Of a stretch of 33,372 nucleotides of DNA, positions 11,703 to 23,489 are shown in pieces. Source of the stretch: Octopus bimaculoides (Eukaryota); assembly GCF_001194135.2 (NCBI RefSeq), contig NC_068981.1:116472603-116505974 (forward strand). The letters are read 5' to 3'. Below the pieces are notes generated by a model. That model made no database searches. It was not told the origin of the DNA and saw nothing but the letters and a program-made list of their open reading frames with translations. The stretch's first letter is position 1. Each line of letters starts with the position of its first letter. A program made the position numbers and the translations under genes.

Positions 11703-12630
11703 CTAGCTGACGTACACTGTAATTCCCGGGAAAGCGGGGCTTATCCCTTGGTTCCGTTCTCATAATGGTTTTGCTAAGCCAGTAATAACAATACAAAATA
11801 TGTAGCCCTTAAAACGTTTTTTTTTGCATTTATTGAGAATACCGAACTGTCTTACACAGGATCTTGTTTTTAGGAATTCGGGTAAGTTATGAATACCCAA
11901 ATTGTGAAGTCAGTTATGTAATAAATATGAAATCAATTACCCGATAGTAAGAATTCAAATAAAGTAGCCCCGAAAAGGGATTTAATACGTTCCCAAAGTA
12001 TATAGAACTTAGGAGGAAATACTAATAAGGTATGTATACTAAAATCGTGAAGCATGTTACGTAATAACAGGCTAATCAAATATGAGATGATAAGAATTCG
12101 AAGTAAATAACTCTGAAAAAAGCTTTTGTGCGTTCGCAGATAATATTACTCTCAGCGGCGCTAGTGTTGATATATTAGTGAATAAGTCAGTAACAGAAAT
12201 ATGTGGATCTATTGTTTAGGAAAATACTATTTACTTGTTTAAGTGTTGTACTAGATATATTGCGAAGATAACTCAAATAGTTCAAATACTAAGAAATAAG
12301 TAAACTCAATTTGATTTATACGAAATAATTTATGAACATGAATGGGTTATTTCCCTTGGCAATATATAAGGATCCCTTTCAAGAGTGATTGGGTTAGTTC
12401 CCTTCGATGTTTGAAAATAATATATTAGTTACGTGTTGTAGATATAATGGTCCCTATTATCGTTTTTTCAACAGTCTAAGTGTCACTAGTTTTCCAGACT
12501 TGAGTTCTACTCATGTGTCAAATTTCATCAAAATCGATAAAACGGTGTAGGAGCAGTTAGATAACAACGCCACAAACAAACACACCCACAGATTTCCACA
12601 TATTTATGTATGTATGTATGTATGTATGTA
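11703..12630 (-). mobile_element. Non-autonomous Helitron-like element (~930 bp)
   Basis: Minus-strand 3' end ...TTCCCGGGAATTACAGTGTACGTCAG-CTAG|T, with a GC-rich palindrome near the CTAG. The opposite end (plus: TGTCAAATTTCATCAAAATCGATAAAACGGTGTAGGAGCAGTTAG...ACAAACAAACACAC) resembles Helitron-N 5' regions I recognise. The 5'-TC terminus is obscured by (ATGT)n. Confidence 0.5.
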
Positions 12631-12726
12631 GTAAATCCCAAAAAGAAGAACAAACACGATAAAACATCAACGCTAGGACGTGCTACGTGTAAAGTATTAG
12701 CAGACGCTCAGGGAAGAAAAGAAAGA

Positions 12727-12764
12727 TGTTTTAACGTTTCGAGTAACGATCTTCTTCAGAAACA
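12727..12764 (-). ncRNA. Candidate minimal type I hammerhead ribozyme (PLE-type)
   Basis: Minus strand: TGTTT-CTGAAGA-A-GATCGTTACTC-GAAAC-GTTA-AAACA. Intact CUGANGA and GAAA cores, 5-bp helix I, palindromic ACGT at helix III. Helix II has only 2 bp because of one mismatch. Confidence 0.5.
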
Positions 12765-13159
12765 GAGGAAAGTCCAACAGAAAGGAACACGGAGAAAGAC
12801 AATCGCCAACGATCCACATGTGGGTGCATTTTGAAATAACTGGATGGGTAAGGGTGAAGAAAAAGTTCTTTCTAAGACAGGAATGTGTAAGAGAAGGAGA
12901 TATGTTTGTGTATGTGTGGGTATGTGCATGCATACAAGTCTGTGTGTGTGTAATAGCACGTGTGTGCGTATGTGTGTGTTATATGTGGGGGTTTGTGTGG
13001 TTTTGGCTGTTTTGTGTATGTGTGAGTGAAATTTGTGTCTCTTAATGATGTAGGAAGAATTCAACATCATCGTAACAGGAGTGGCGATGCTTTATGTAGT
13101 TGTGTGTCTCTTCACTTTTGCGTAGAGGAATGGTCAATAGAAAGGCGTTTGTCTGACAG

Positions 13160-13905
13160 TTTCAAGTATGTGTGTATGGTGTGTATGTATGTGTGTATGG
13201 TGTGTGTGTATGTGTGCGCGTGTATATATGAGTGTGTTGTATGTGTGGGAAGCATGTATGCGTTCATGTGCGTGTGCGTGTGTGTATGCATGTGTGCATG
13301 CGTATATGTGTGTGAGCGTGAGTATGTATGTGCGTGTGTACATGTGTGTATGTGTGTATGAACGTGGGGCTATGTGTGTGAAGGTTTATGCGCGTTCGTG
13401 TGCGTGTGTGCGCGTAAGTGTGTTTGTGCTTGTGTGTGTGTGTGTATGTGTGTGCGTGTGTGTACGTGTGTGTGTCCGCATGTATGTGTGTATTGTGTTA
13501 TGTGTGCATGTATGTGCGTGTTGTCTGTGTGTCGTGTGTGTGGGAAGTTTAGAGTTATATGTGCATTGATGTGTGCGCGTACATGTATGTGTGCGTGTGT
13601 GTGTATGTATGCGAGTGTGTATATATATGCATGTGTGTGTATGTGAGTGTGTGCGTGGGGTTGTGTTATGTGGAGATATTTGTGTGTCCCTGTGCGTGCG
13701 TGTGTGTGCGCGTGCATGCGCGTTTGCGCGTGTGTATGTGCGTGTGTTTATGGGTGTGCATGTATGTGTGTGTATATATGTGCATGTATGTGTATTGTGT
13801 GTATGTGTGTGGGAGGTATATGTGCACTAATGTATGTGCGCGGGTGCGTGTTTATTTGTGTATATGTATATGTACGTTTGTGTATGTATGTGTGTGTGTA
13901 TACAG
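13160..13905. repeat. Long degenerate (GT)/(ATGT)/(GCGT) low-complexity tract
   Basis: About 750 bp of interleaved GT-rich units; source of many C/V/M-rich pseudo-ORFs. Confidence 0.95.
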
Positions 13906-15497
13906 AAATATGCATACATATATACATGCATACACACACACACACATATATATACATATATATGTCATCGCTCCTTTACAGTATAAATATAAGCGATTCA
14001 CTAAATCTTTCTTTCTCTATCCTGAATCCAGTTCTTAAACCTAGAAGCACTCCCCTTCTATTCAGTTCTTTAAAATACATAGGCACCCGCAAACCTCATA
14101 CATAGATTTATATGTATATGTATGTGTACACACACACACTCACACACACACACACACATATGCTGAAACATACACAGATACGCACATACACCATGGCGCG
14201 CATACTTAGAGATACATGTTAAAGTGCTCTTCCATACAAATAGACGCATACATCTACGAGCAACAAAATCCCTATTTTACTATCTCTTCCGTCTGCCTCC
14301 GTCTTTCCTTCGCTCTTGACGTTAGACACCGCTATTATCTGATAAACGCTACAGAAGTGCCGACTGTTACGCCCCGTGCAAGAATGCTAGTGGAGGTTCC
14401 GTGACATCCTGTTGATGACATGAAGATGTCTATATATAACAACACGCGCATTACTATTCACACACACACACACACATTCATACATATACGCACACACATA
14501 TATTTCATTCCTAGTCACACACATACAGACAGACGGACAACTATATCTGTGTGTATACGTATGTTTGAAGTTTATACTCTTACATGTGAGTGTAATAATT
14601 TATTACAATTTTATTACGATATCCTTTGATGATAACTTTGCTGTGAAATATAAAATAAAAAGACTTCGGCTGTTGACAAAAGAAATCTGATGTAAAAACA
14701 TGACTTTAGCTATCATACGGAAACTTCATTAATACATAGCTTTTGTGGTTGGAGTACTCGTAATAGTAACAGTACTGTATATAAATCAAGTGCAAACACC
14801 ATATGTAAGTATATACACACTTACAAGCGAATATAAACACACACAAACAATAACACAGTTATATATATANNNNNNNNNNNNNNNNNNNNNNNNNNNNNNN
14901 NNNNNNNNNNNNNNNNNNNNNNNNNNNNNNNNNNNNNNNNNNNNNNNNNNNNNNNNNNNNNNNNNNNNNNNNNNNNAGTATATACAAGTATATATGTGCA
15001 CACACACATACACACACACAAACACACACACGTACATATACTGTATACACTGAGTCCCATATTATTAGGCAAATTAACCTTTTCTCAATAAATAAATGTA
15101 TATTCGTTCAAAACAATTCTTTTCCTACTTACTGTTGACAATAACTATCTGCGCACATTCTGACAAAATAAATCGGATCTTCGCAAAGGCCAACAAATTG
15201 TGACCATTTTTGTAATTGGACAAGATATATAAAAAAAACCAGATTTAGCTGTCGCAAGTGAGAGACACAGGCCTTTGGTGTGTTCAAGAAATTTTGACCT
15301 AGGACTAAACAACTACAGCAAACACTATGTTCTTATTTCCAACTGTAATTGTATTTATCCAATTATCTCATGTTTACTATACATATTTCTTAATAAAGTC
15401 TGCACCTTTTTTTACAGGTTTATAATTTAATTTTATATTCTGCGCTCTCCTTTTCTCCCCTTCTCATCTCCCTTTCCCTCTCTCTCTCTCTTCATAT

Positions 15498-15532
15498 ATT
15501 ATTATTATTATAATTATTATTATTATTATTAC

Positions 15533-15593
<61 letters not shown>

Positions 15594-15603
15594 GTTGTTA
15601 TTA
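15498..15603. repeat. (ATT)n microsatellite
   Basis: About 35 ATT units with few interruptions. Confidence 0.95.
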
Positions 15604-15709
15604 TTTCGCTTAGGCATATCGATACTAATAACTAGGCATTAGAACTCAATATACATATGCTTCAAAGCAAATATGTGTGTGTGTATATGTATGTGTGCTT
15701 GTATGTGTG

Positions 15710-15745
<36 letters not shown>

Positions 15746-15965
15746 TGTGTGTGTGTGTGCGTGTGTGTGTGTGTGTGTGTGTCTTTGTGTCTGTGTTTGT
15801 TCCCATTCACAAATCAATTGCTATATATAACGTATAGGCGTGTACTGAAGCATACACACAAACATATGCACATACATACATATACATATATATTAGTGAC
15901 AGAAGCGGTATTACATGAATGTAGTCATACCATCATACCAAAGAATTTTTTTTTATTTTTTAAGG

Positions 15966-16386
15966 AGCAAAAATGCTAGTTCTAAAATCTCTAAAAGATC
16001 ACCGCAGTAGTTGTGCTAACAAGTAATATTCATAGCCACTTCAACATAGCTGTCTGTTCGATTAGACTTTACTTCGATTTTTTAACCCCAAGAGGACAGC
16101 TCCTCTAGCTTGTCAACGATGCACAGCGGCATCTGAGATATTGCTAGCAAGGGAGGGAACCCCTATCACCTTCTAGTGACAGGTCCAGCAGACCAACCTG
16201 GTTTCGGGCTACTTCTGGAAACCTCGTCTGCTAGAGATAGTGGTAGCTTTCTTCTGCTCGCAATATTTATAATTTCAAGCGACGTACAGTCGATGATTTT
16301 GCAACTAGCAAAAATGCTAGCTCTAAAATCTAAGAGTTCAACGCAGTAGTTGTACAAACAAGTAATGTTCGTAGCCACTTCACCAT
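15966..16386. repeat. ~80-bp direct repeats (15966-16047 and 16307-16386), 341-bp period
   Basis: AGCAAAAATGCTAG(T/C)TCTAAAATCT...CGCAGTAGTTGT...AACAAGTAAT(A/G)TTC(A/G)TAGCCACTTCA(A/C)CAT; about 9 substitutions and one 2-nt indel by hand alignment. Confidence 0.9.
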
Positions 16387-18080
16387 GGAATAACGGATGT
16401 TCCTACATTGCGCTTTTGAATACATGGTCCTGGAAAGAATGTGTGGAAACTTCACTTCGGTAGGGAACTGTGAAATGCGGCATGACAAATGGATTCAAGT
16501 TATGTAGGAACTCGTTGGTTTGGTTCACTGTTATTTCCTTAACATCCTCTTTCTCTTTCCTACTTTGATCTTCTTCCTCCCACTAAGAGAGATATGTGTT
16601 TTTCCCTGTATATGTGACATTAACAATTAATTTTGGTATTTTCCTATTAAATAATCCATTTCTCAACAGAAGTGTGTTAATACTTTATTTTTTCCCACAC
16701 AGTGTATGTACTTATCAAAGTTATAATTAGAAGGAATTGATTCCAAATTAACTTAAATAGAACTCACAAAATATAGTCATAAACTTTATTGTGGCCAACT
16801 GCTTCGGTGACTCACCAGCTAAATTAGTATTTTCCGAATGTACCAATACTAGTTTTTCAAAGCCTTGGCATTCAAGTGATATATTTAGTGAAATTAGGAT
16901 TTCATAATCGTTACTTGAGTAGTAAAGTAAAAATAAAATTGTGTTAAATGTGAATCCAATTCGAGACGCAAACTAGGATTATCAAAATATCATCATTTGC
17001 TTGTATATTACTTAAACCTTTTGCTTCCGTTATAGTAAAATTTAATTTCATCATCAGCTTTAGAGAAAATTACCAAAGTTTATTCACATTACAACTGACA
17101 GTTTTTGTTTGTATTAATGTCGTTTAGAAAACGATCCTATCTAAGAAATTACATCTGTTGTTTACATTTTAGCCTGTAACAATATCTTAATTAGTTCTCA
17201 CACTTCAGCTCAATTCCTCTACTTCTGAATAATTTTATACATATGCAATTAAGCTGGTTTTGTATTAAAGACAATGATAATAACTGTGGGATATTTAAGG
17301 TCAAGCACGTTTTAATCAGATGTACAACTATGAGATACCTAATTATCAAATGTAAGCATTATTTATTAATTTTATTATTGCTTTGTGCTGCTCTTCCTGT
17401 AAGACATCTCTTTCCATTTCCAAAATCAAAAACTATCTTATTTATATGATTATAATTTTCTTTTTTACATAAACTTTATATATATATATATATNNNNNNN
17501 NNNNNNNNNNNNNNNNNNNNNNNNNNNNNNNNNNNNNNNNNNNNNNNNNNNNNNNNNNNNNNNNNNNNNNNNNNNNNNNNNNNNNNNNNNNNNNNNNNNN
17601 NNNNNNNATATATAAACACATTTTCAATAATAATACCGGGTAAAATTAATTAATAATTAATTTATAATTTTACGAAGTATTTCGGTATGTTAAAATAACC
17701 TTTATCGGTAACCTACAAAAATTTCTTTAAATATAAGCAAAATTATAATTAGGGTTTAGCAAAAATTGCTTCACCACATACCGAAATTTAGAAATAGCAG
17801 TTAAATACTATTCCTCTACCATAAGCTAACACCCAGAAAGCAATACTCACAATTCACATAGGACAAAGAGAAAAAATAACGAATCCACCCGGCTTTGATC
17901 AAGTACATACGCGTTTCTGGATTAAAGAGATGTAAAATTTTATTTTTACTCACTTATTTCCTTCAGTGTAGTATTTCAATTGTAAATTTGAGAGTGCTAA
18001 TAATTAAAATACGTATCCGACCATTCTTTCCGACATGCTAACTGCCAAGTTGCCGCCCATTACATTATGAATTTTCTACA

Positions 18081-18296
18081 TATTGGTTTCAAATTTTAGT
18101 ACAAGGTTAACAATTTCGAGGGAGAGTTTGAGTCGATTACATCAATTCGAATACTCAACTGGTACTCATTTTATCGACTTCGATAGGTTGAAAAGCAAAG
18201 TCGACCACGGCGGAATTTAAACTCAGAACGTAACAACGGACAAAATGCAGCGAAGCATTTTGCCCGATGTTCTAACGATTCTGCCAGCTCGCTGCT
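18081..18296 (-). mobile_element. tRNA-type SINE, same family as 4319-5505
   Basis: Reverse complement: GCAGCGAGCTGGCAGAATCGTTAGAAC...TCTGAGTTTAAATTCCGCCGTGGTCGACTTTGCTTTTCAACC...GAAATTGTTAACCTTGTACTAAAATTTGAAACCAAT. Confidence 0.88.
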
Positions 18297-18740
18297 TAAA
18301 CTTCCTACATATCAAAAGCATCAAAGTTATGCGATATATCATATGTATGTACGTGTAGTACTAAACTCCTATTTTATGTTACATGTATTTTAATTTGAGA
18401 GGGCGACAGATCCGTTTGAGTGATGCACCAAATGCACTGGAAGGTTACACTCTTTATTATTTGGTTTCTGGTAACGAGAGGCCGTAAACGTGTGTGATAA
18501 TATGTCCTTGTATACCATCATCTTTCATAGTGACATGACAGACTTTTAGTTCCTAAGGGGTCGATCTTGTGTTAAATCTATAAAGTGCTGTAATTTTGGA
18601 AATTTCTCTATACGGGAGTAGAAAAAATCCAATGACATTTCAGAAACTTTATATCCTATATTGCATTGTGAAATGACCAACACGTTGTTTATTGGAATAT
18701 ATGTCTGCGTGCGATTGTGTGTTTAAGAATACATACAGGC

Positions 18741-18794
<54 letters not shown>

Positions 18795-18801
18795 ATGTCT
18801 G

Positions 18802-18834
<33 letters not shown>

Positions 18835-18845
18835 TTATCTATCTA

Positions 18846-18890
<45 letters not shown>

Positions 18891-19440
18891 NNNNNNNNNN
18901 NNNNNNNNNNNNNNNNNNNNNNNNNNNNNNNNNNNNNNNNNNNNNNNNNNNNNNNNNNNNNNNNNNNNNNNNNNNNNNNNNNNNNNNNNNNNNNNNNNNN
19001 NNNNNNNNNNNNNNNNNNNNNNNNNNNNNNNNNNNNNNNNNNNNNNNNNNNNNNNNNNNNNNNNNNNNNNNNNNNNNNNNNNNNNNNNNNNNNNNNNNNN
19101 NNNNNNNNNNNNNNNNNNNNNNNNNNNNNNNNNNNNNNNNNNNNNNNNNNNNNNNNNNNNNNNNNNNNNNNNNNNNNNNNNNNNNNNNNNNNNNNNNNNN
19201 NNNNNNNNNNNNNNNNNNNNNNNNNNNNNNNNNNNNNNNNNNNNNNNNNNNNNNNNNNNNNNNNNNNNNNNNNNNNNNNNNNNNNNNNNNNNNNNNNNNN
19301 NNNNNNNNNNNNNNNNNNNNNNNNNNNNNNNNNNNNNNNNNNNNNNNNNNNNNNNNNNNNNNNNNNNNNNNNNNNNNNNNNNNNNNNNNNNNNNNNNNNN
19401 NNNNNNNNNNNNNNNNNNNNNNNNNNNNATATATATATAT

Positions 19441-19508
<68 letters not shown>

Positions 19509-19689
19509 ATACATACATATTATATATACATATAAGTATGTATGTATATATATGTATGTGTATAAATATATATATACATATATAAATACATATATATTTA
19601 CATACATATATGCATGTCTTTATATATGTATGCGAGCAAGTATGTCGGTTTATCTGCATATATGTATATATGTATATATGTATATATGC

Positions 19690-19850
19690 CACCAACACCT
19701 TTGGCGTTTATTTCTTTACAGATATCAAACATTTTAATCATCATTTTAATTTTCCTTTTTTCCGTAAATATTTTCCTCATATTTTCATTATTATTTGTGT
19801 TAGCGCTGCCTGGATTTTTTCACTTTTTAGAATGTTTCGTAGTTTAAGAC
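19690..19850 (-). CDS. Candidate terminal exon of the minus-strand micro-exon gene (coding part W-S-stop, or GLKLRNILKSEKIQAALTQIIMKI-stop)
   Basis: Very strong acceptor TTGTTGTTTTTCTTTTTTTTTATAG| after a 161-nt intron. Stops at 19846-19844 (frame B) or 19779-19777 (frame A). AATAAA at 19712-19707. The 3' end is approximate. Confidence 0.6.
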
Positions 19851-20011
19851 CTATAAAAAAAAAAGAAAAACAACAACAAATAGTACATCGACAACTATAT
19901 AAATGTTCATTCTTTTTAGACAAACACATGTAAAAAGGAATTATAATAACTATTCAGAATTGTGACATCTAAGATTTGTGATAAACCACAATATTTGATA
20001 ATCATTTTTAC

Positions 20012-20047
20012 CATACACAGCAGAGCAAACTTTCTTGACAGTTAATA
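20012..20047 (-). CDS. Candidate 36-nt exon (INCQESLLCCV, or LTVKKVCSAVY)
   Basis: Acceptor GATGTATTCTTTGTAG| and donor ATG|GTAAAA. Confidence 0.6.
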
Positions 20048-20176
20048 CTACAAAGAATACATCGCTTGTGGCATAGATATGTCACTCTACATATATGTGT
20101 ATGTATGTGTTTGTCCACAGTGTTTGTGTGTGTGTATGTGTGTGTGTGTGTGTATATATATGTGTTTGCGGGTGTA

Positions 20177-20215
<39 letters not shown>

Positions 20216-20289
20216 TTCAATATCATTCTCTTCCTTTGTCTGTAAGATGATTCATAAATAAATTCCATATTCCTTTTGCCATATTTTAA

Positions 20290-20929
20290 AATATTTAATT
20301 TAGAATAAGGTGCAGTGCTCATTACCTTTGTAGGCTTTATGTTGTTAATTTTCCATCGAAACTGTTGCAGGAAACACTTGCATGAGCGACATGAAGAGTT
20401 CGATGATTGTGAGAGCCGTTGTTTTGGAAAGGAATGACCTGACTGAGCGGTTCGTGAGAGGCGAAGTGGAGTAGGCAAATGGATGCGACAATTGTAAATT
20501 AAAGTGGAAAGACAGTGGGTTGAATTTGCCTGATTGACGATATACAAAAGGAACAGAGATCATTTGATAAAAACTCTAAGGAGACAGTATGTCTGCATGC
20601 CAAAGGCTGAACCTTATCCATTAGTGAATGAATACCAATCCGTTGAATGGTTCTTCTCTGGATGCAGCCCAAGATATCTGTGTGAGAGGAAGCAGCACCA
20701 TTCCATATGTTGCCCAGTGATGATACCCATTGTGAACATTACATGTTAGCTGCTATTGAAGAGAAGGTTCAGTCTTTCGAAGTCGGTCCTAGCAGTGCCA
20801 AAGATAGGATTTGTTAGGAGAGATCCTCACTGATAGCAAAGTCCAACTTTGGAGATATGGCGACGGTGCTAGCTGTGTTCCGCTCGTGTAAGACGCGTAT
20901 AAAGTGGAGATCTTTTCTTGCTTTTTGTT
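20290..20929 (-). mobile_element. L2/CR1-group LINE, 3' part (RT C-terminus and tail), degraded
   Basis: Minus-strand peptides NIWNGAASSHTDILGCIQRRTIQRIG..SLMDKVQPLACR and RSFLSKTTAL...VFP match the post-RT motifs of this LINE group. Continuous with 23030-23460 once the hAT and one TSD are removed. Confidence 0.7.
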
Positions 20930-20937
20930 GTCGGAAG

Positions 20938-23021
20938 CAGGGATGCCACTGATGGGTTTTTCCACCCAGATCTGGGATTTTTGGAGCAAGGATGGATATA
21001 TTGGTTTTAATTTCCAAATTTACATTAAATCTGGGTTTTTAAGCTAGCTTTGGCAGCAAACTTATCTTTTAAAGCGAATTCGGTGTCATGCTCTTTGTAT
21101 GCGATATGTACCAAAGTTGCATCTCTTCCAACACTTGGTAAACCTTCTATATATCATTCTCACGTAATGAATTTAACGATAAATTCATAGCTAAAAATCT
21201 ACAAATAAAAAACCAAAATTAACATACATTATGCAAGACTTAATTGCACGTTATGAACGAAATGAAATCTTGGAAATTCTCAAGATACAAAAGTTTTCAG
21301 TATTGATAGATTTGAGTATGGACATCTCAGTGACAGAAATCTTAGCAATAGTTGTTCACTTTTTTTTTGTTGATGAACAATCGCTTAATGTTAAGGGTGC
21401 TCTTCTGGATACAATTGTAGTAGAAAATGGTTCATCTCAGAGTTTGTATGATGCTGTCAAGTCTACGCTTACAAGATAAACTGTATCTATGAGCAACATA
21501 CTTAGGTTTGCCAGCAATAATTGTTCAACATTGATGGGTAACGAGAGCGAGTTTCAAAAGTTATTGAGAAATGATATGCCGACTGTATTTACAATGGCTG
21601 TGTTTGCCATTCGTTTGCACTTCGTTCAAGTCGTGCAGTGACGGTGTTACTTTCGTATTTCGAGTCCTTTTCAAAGGACTTAAATTCTTACTTTTCTCGA
21701 AATAGCAAATGTCAAAATGACTTTAATATCATACAAAGTGTTGTTGGCACCATAGAAACGAGATTCTAAAGCTTTCGCAAACTAGATGGTTGTCGCGTGA
21801 AAATGTAATCAACGTCATAATAGAACAGTGAGATGCCCTTGTACTTTATTTTCAGTCTGAGGCTAAAGTAGAAAAAGTGGACGGAGCAAAAAGGAGCTAT
21901 GAAACAATGATCAACAAACAGGGACGAAGCAACTGCTGCTCTTCTTACATTTTATATTAAAGAAAGTAAACGCTCTTAATGTCGAGTTTCAATCGGAACA
22001 CTTTCGACTGCATCTGTTGTATGCATTTGTATCCAGTGAATATAAAAGTATCCTTAGTTGATGTATAAAAGAGAATGTTTTAGCTGTATCTAAATTATCA
22101 GATATTGACCTTAGTAACACAACAAATTACAAAGATATGAGTGATATTTACTTCGGTGGACGCGCAATGAGATATCTAGAACAAAACCTCATCGTTGGTG
22201 ACTCAGCTACATTCAAAAGTGATGGCAAAACTTCTTTTTATAAAATTATGCTCTCACTTAAAAATGATGAAGCTGCAGTGTTGGCCCTCTTAGAAATACT
22301 TGATCCAAAAGTAGCGCGCGATCTCACTAACTCTCTTCAACTGATAATTCCCTTGGCTTCAAACTTTCCAGCAACTGCACCAGAAAATATACTTGATGAA
22401 CTAGACGATAAGTGGAGATTATTTCGGCAATATAAAGATATTCCTGTTTCCTCAAAAAGCATCCATAAATTCTGGTATCCAATACGCAATCTTAAAGACG
22501 GGCTTGACCACTCTAAATCTGAGAGGCTGTCGCAATTCATGACTAATTTAACGGTGTTACCTCATTCATCAGCGTGCGTGGAACGCATATTTTCCCAAGT
22601 AAATTACACAAAGGCAAAGTTCACTAATAGGTTGAAAGCCGAAACGATCACCAATCGTCTACTCACTAAACAAGTAACGACAAGAATGGGGAGCGTCATG
22701 CATTTCTTGGGAGCCGAACGCTAAACCTATTAAAGATGTAGTGAATGAGTCTTGTCACCGTAGATATACGAGTAGATTGAACTTCAAAAAGGAAGGAGTG
22801 AATGAAGATGATGTGGATATGTACGAAATTGACAATTAGCTACCATATGATATAAAGTATTAAATTCTGTATTCATTTTGTCATATAACATATTTTTATC
22901 ATTATATACCCATTTCTATACCTATATACTTATTTTCTAACATCTGGGTTTGTAAAATAAGATCTGGGTTTTTTGCAGCAAATAATCTGGGTGTTTTATA
23001 ATTTGATGAGTGGCAACCCTT
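20938..23021 (+). mobile_element. hAT DNA transposon, internally deleted (2084 bp)
   Basis: TIRs CAGGGATGCCACT (20938-20950) and AGTGGCAACCCTT (23009-23021), 11/13 complementary. Perfect 8-bp TSD GTCGGAAG (20930-20937 and 23022-23029). Five subterminal ATCTGGG motifs. Confidence 0.92.
21200..22724 (+). pseudogene. hAT transposase remnant (stops and frameshifts; N-terminal DNA-binding region missing)
   Basis: FSVLIDLSMDISVTEILAIVV (first catalytic-acid region) and LPHSSACVERIFSQVN (C-terminal hAT dimerisation motif). Confidence 0.88.
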
Positions 23022-23029
23022 GTCGGAAG

Positions 23030-23460
23030 ACAGAGGGCTTGCATGGCTACATTTGAGGATGATCTCAAGATCTCCATTTATGGAGTCAATGTAGGCTTGA
23101 AGTACGGTGTCTATGTTGCATGTGAATAGTGCATTATTGCAGAAAGTTAATGGAGCATGAAAAGGTGTATCAGCTATATAAGAAAAAAACATTGTGGGAT
23201 GTGGCAACAAATAGACCATTGCTGTATAGCAGGAATGAGCGGGGGAAAACTCGGCACTAGGTAACAACAAAGTTGTTTGAAAGCGGGTCAAGGAAAGCAC
23301 CCTCAATTTACGTTGTGACGGTGCAATCTGACAGAAAGCTACTGATCCAAAGGATTAGTAATCGATGCAGTGTGTAAGCTACAATTTGATAGGAGATTTG
23401 CATGCCATACATGGTCAAAAGCTTTTCTGAAATCTAGGGTAACATCATTACTTTTATCGA
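23030..23460 (-). mobile_element. L2/CR1-group LINE RT fragment (5' part of the copy split by the hAT)
   Basis: Minus strand, across a frameshift: TLDFRKAFDHVWHANLLS, LWISSFLSD, a degenerate YADD-like YIADT, and SINGDLEIIL. Confidence 0.75.
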
Positions 23461-23489
23461 ACTTCTCTAAATCGAGATTATATTGGCGG

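Noticed and set aside
4055-14804. Tetraspanin call for the plus-strand exons (GMLLGCGSW resembles TM1)
   Set aside because: No GCCGA-like TM2 end or CCG motif was found in any candidate exon.
17679-17787. 12-bp inverted repeat ATTTCGGTATGT / ACATACCGAAAT
   Set aside because: No TSD or terminal position is evident; insufficient for a MITE call.
17851-17916. Minus-strand 66-nt candidate exon with GTGAGT donor
   Set aside because: It lies beyond the putative polyA signal of the minus gene, and the neighbouring candidate would need a 37-nt intron; likely chance.
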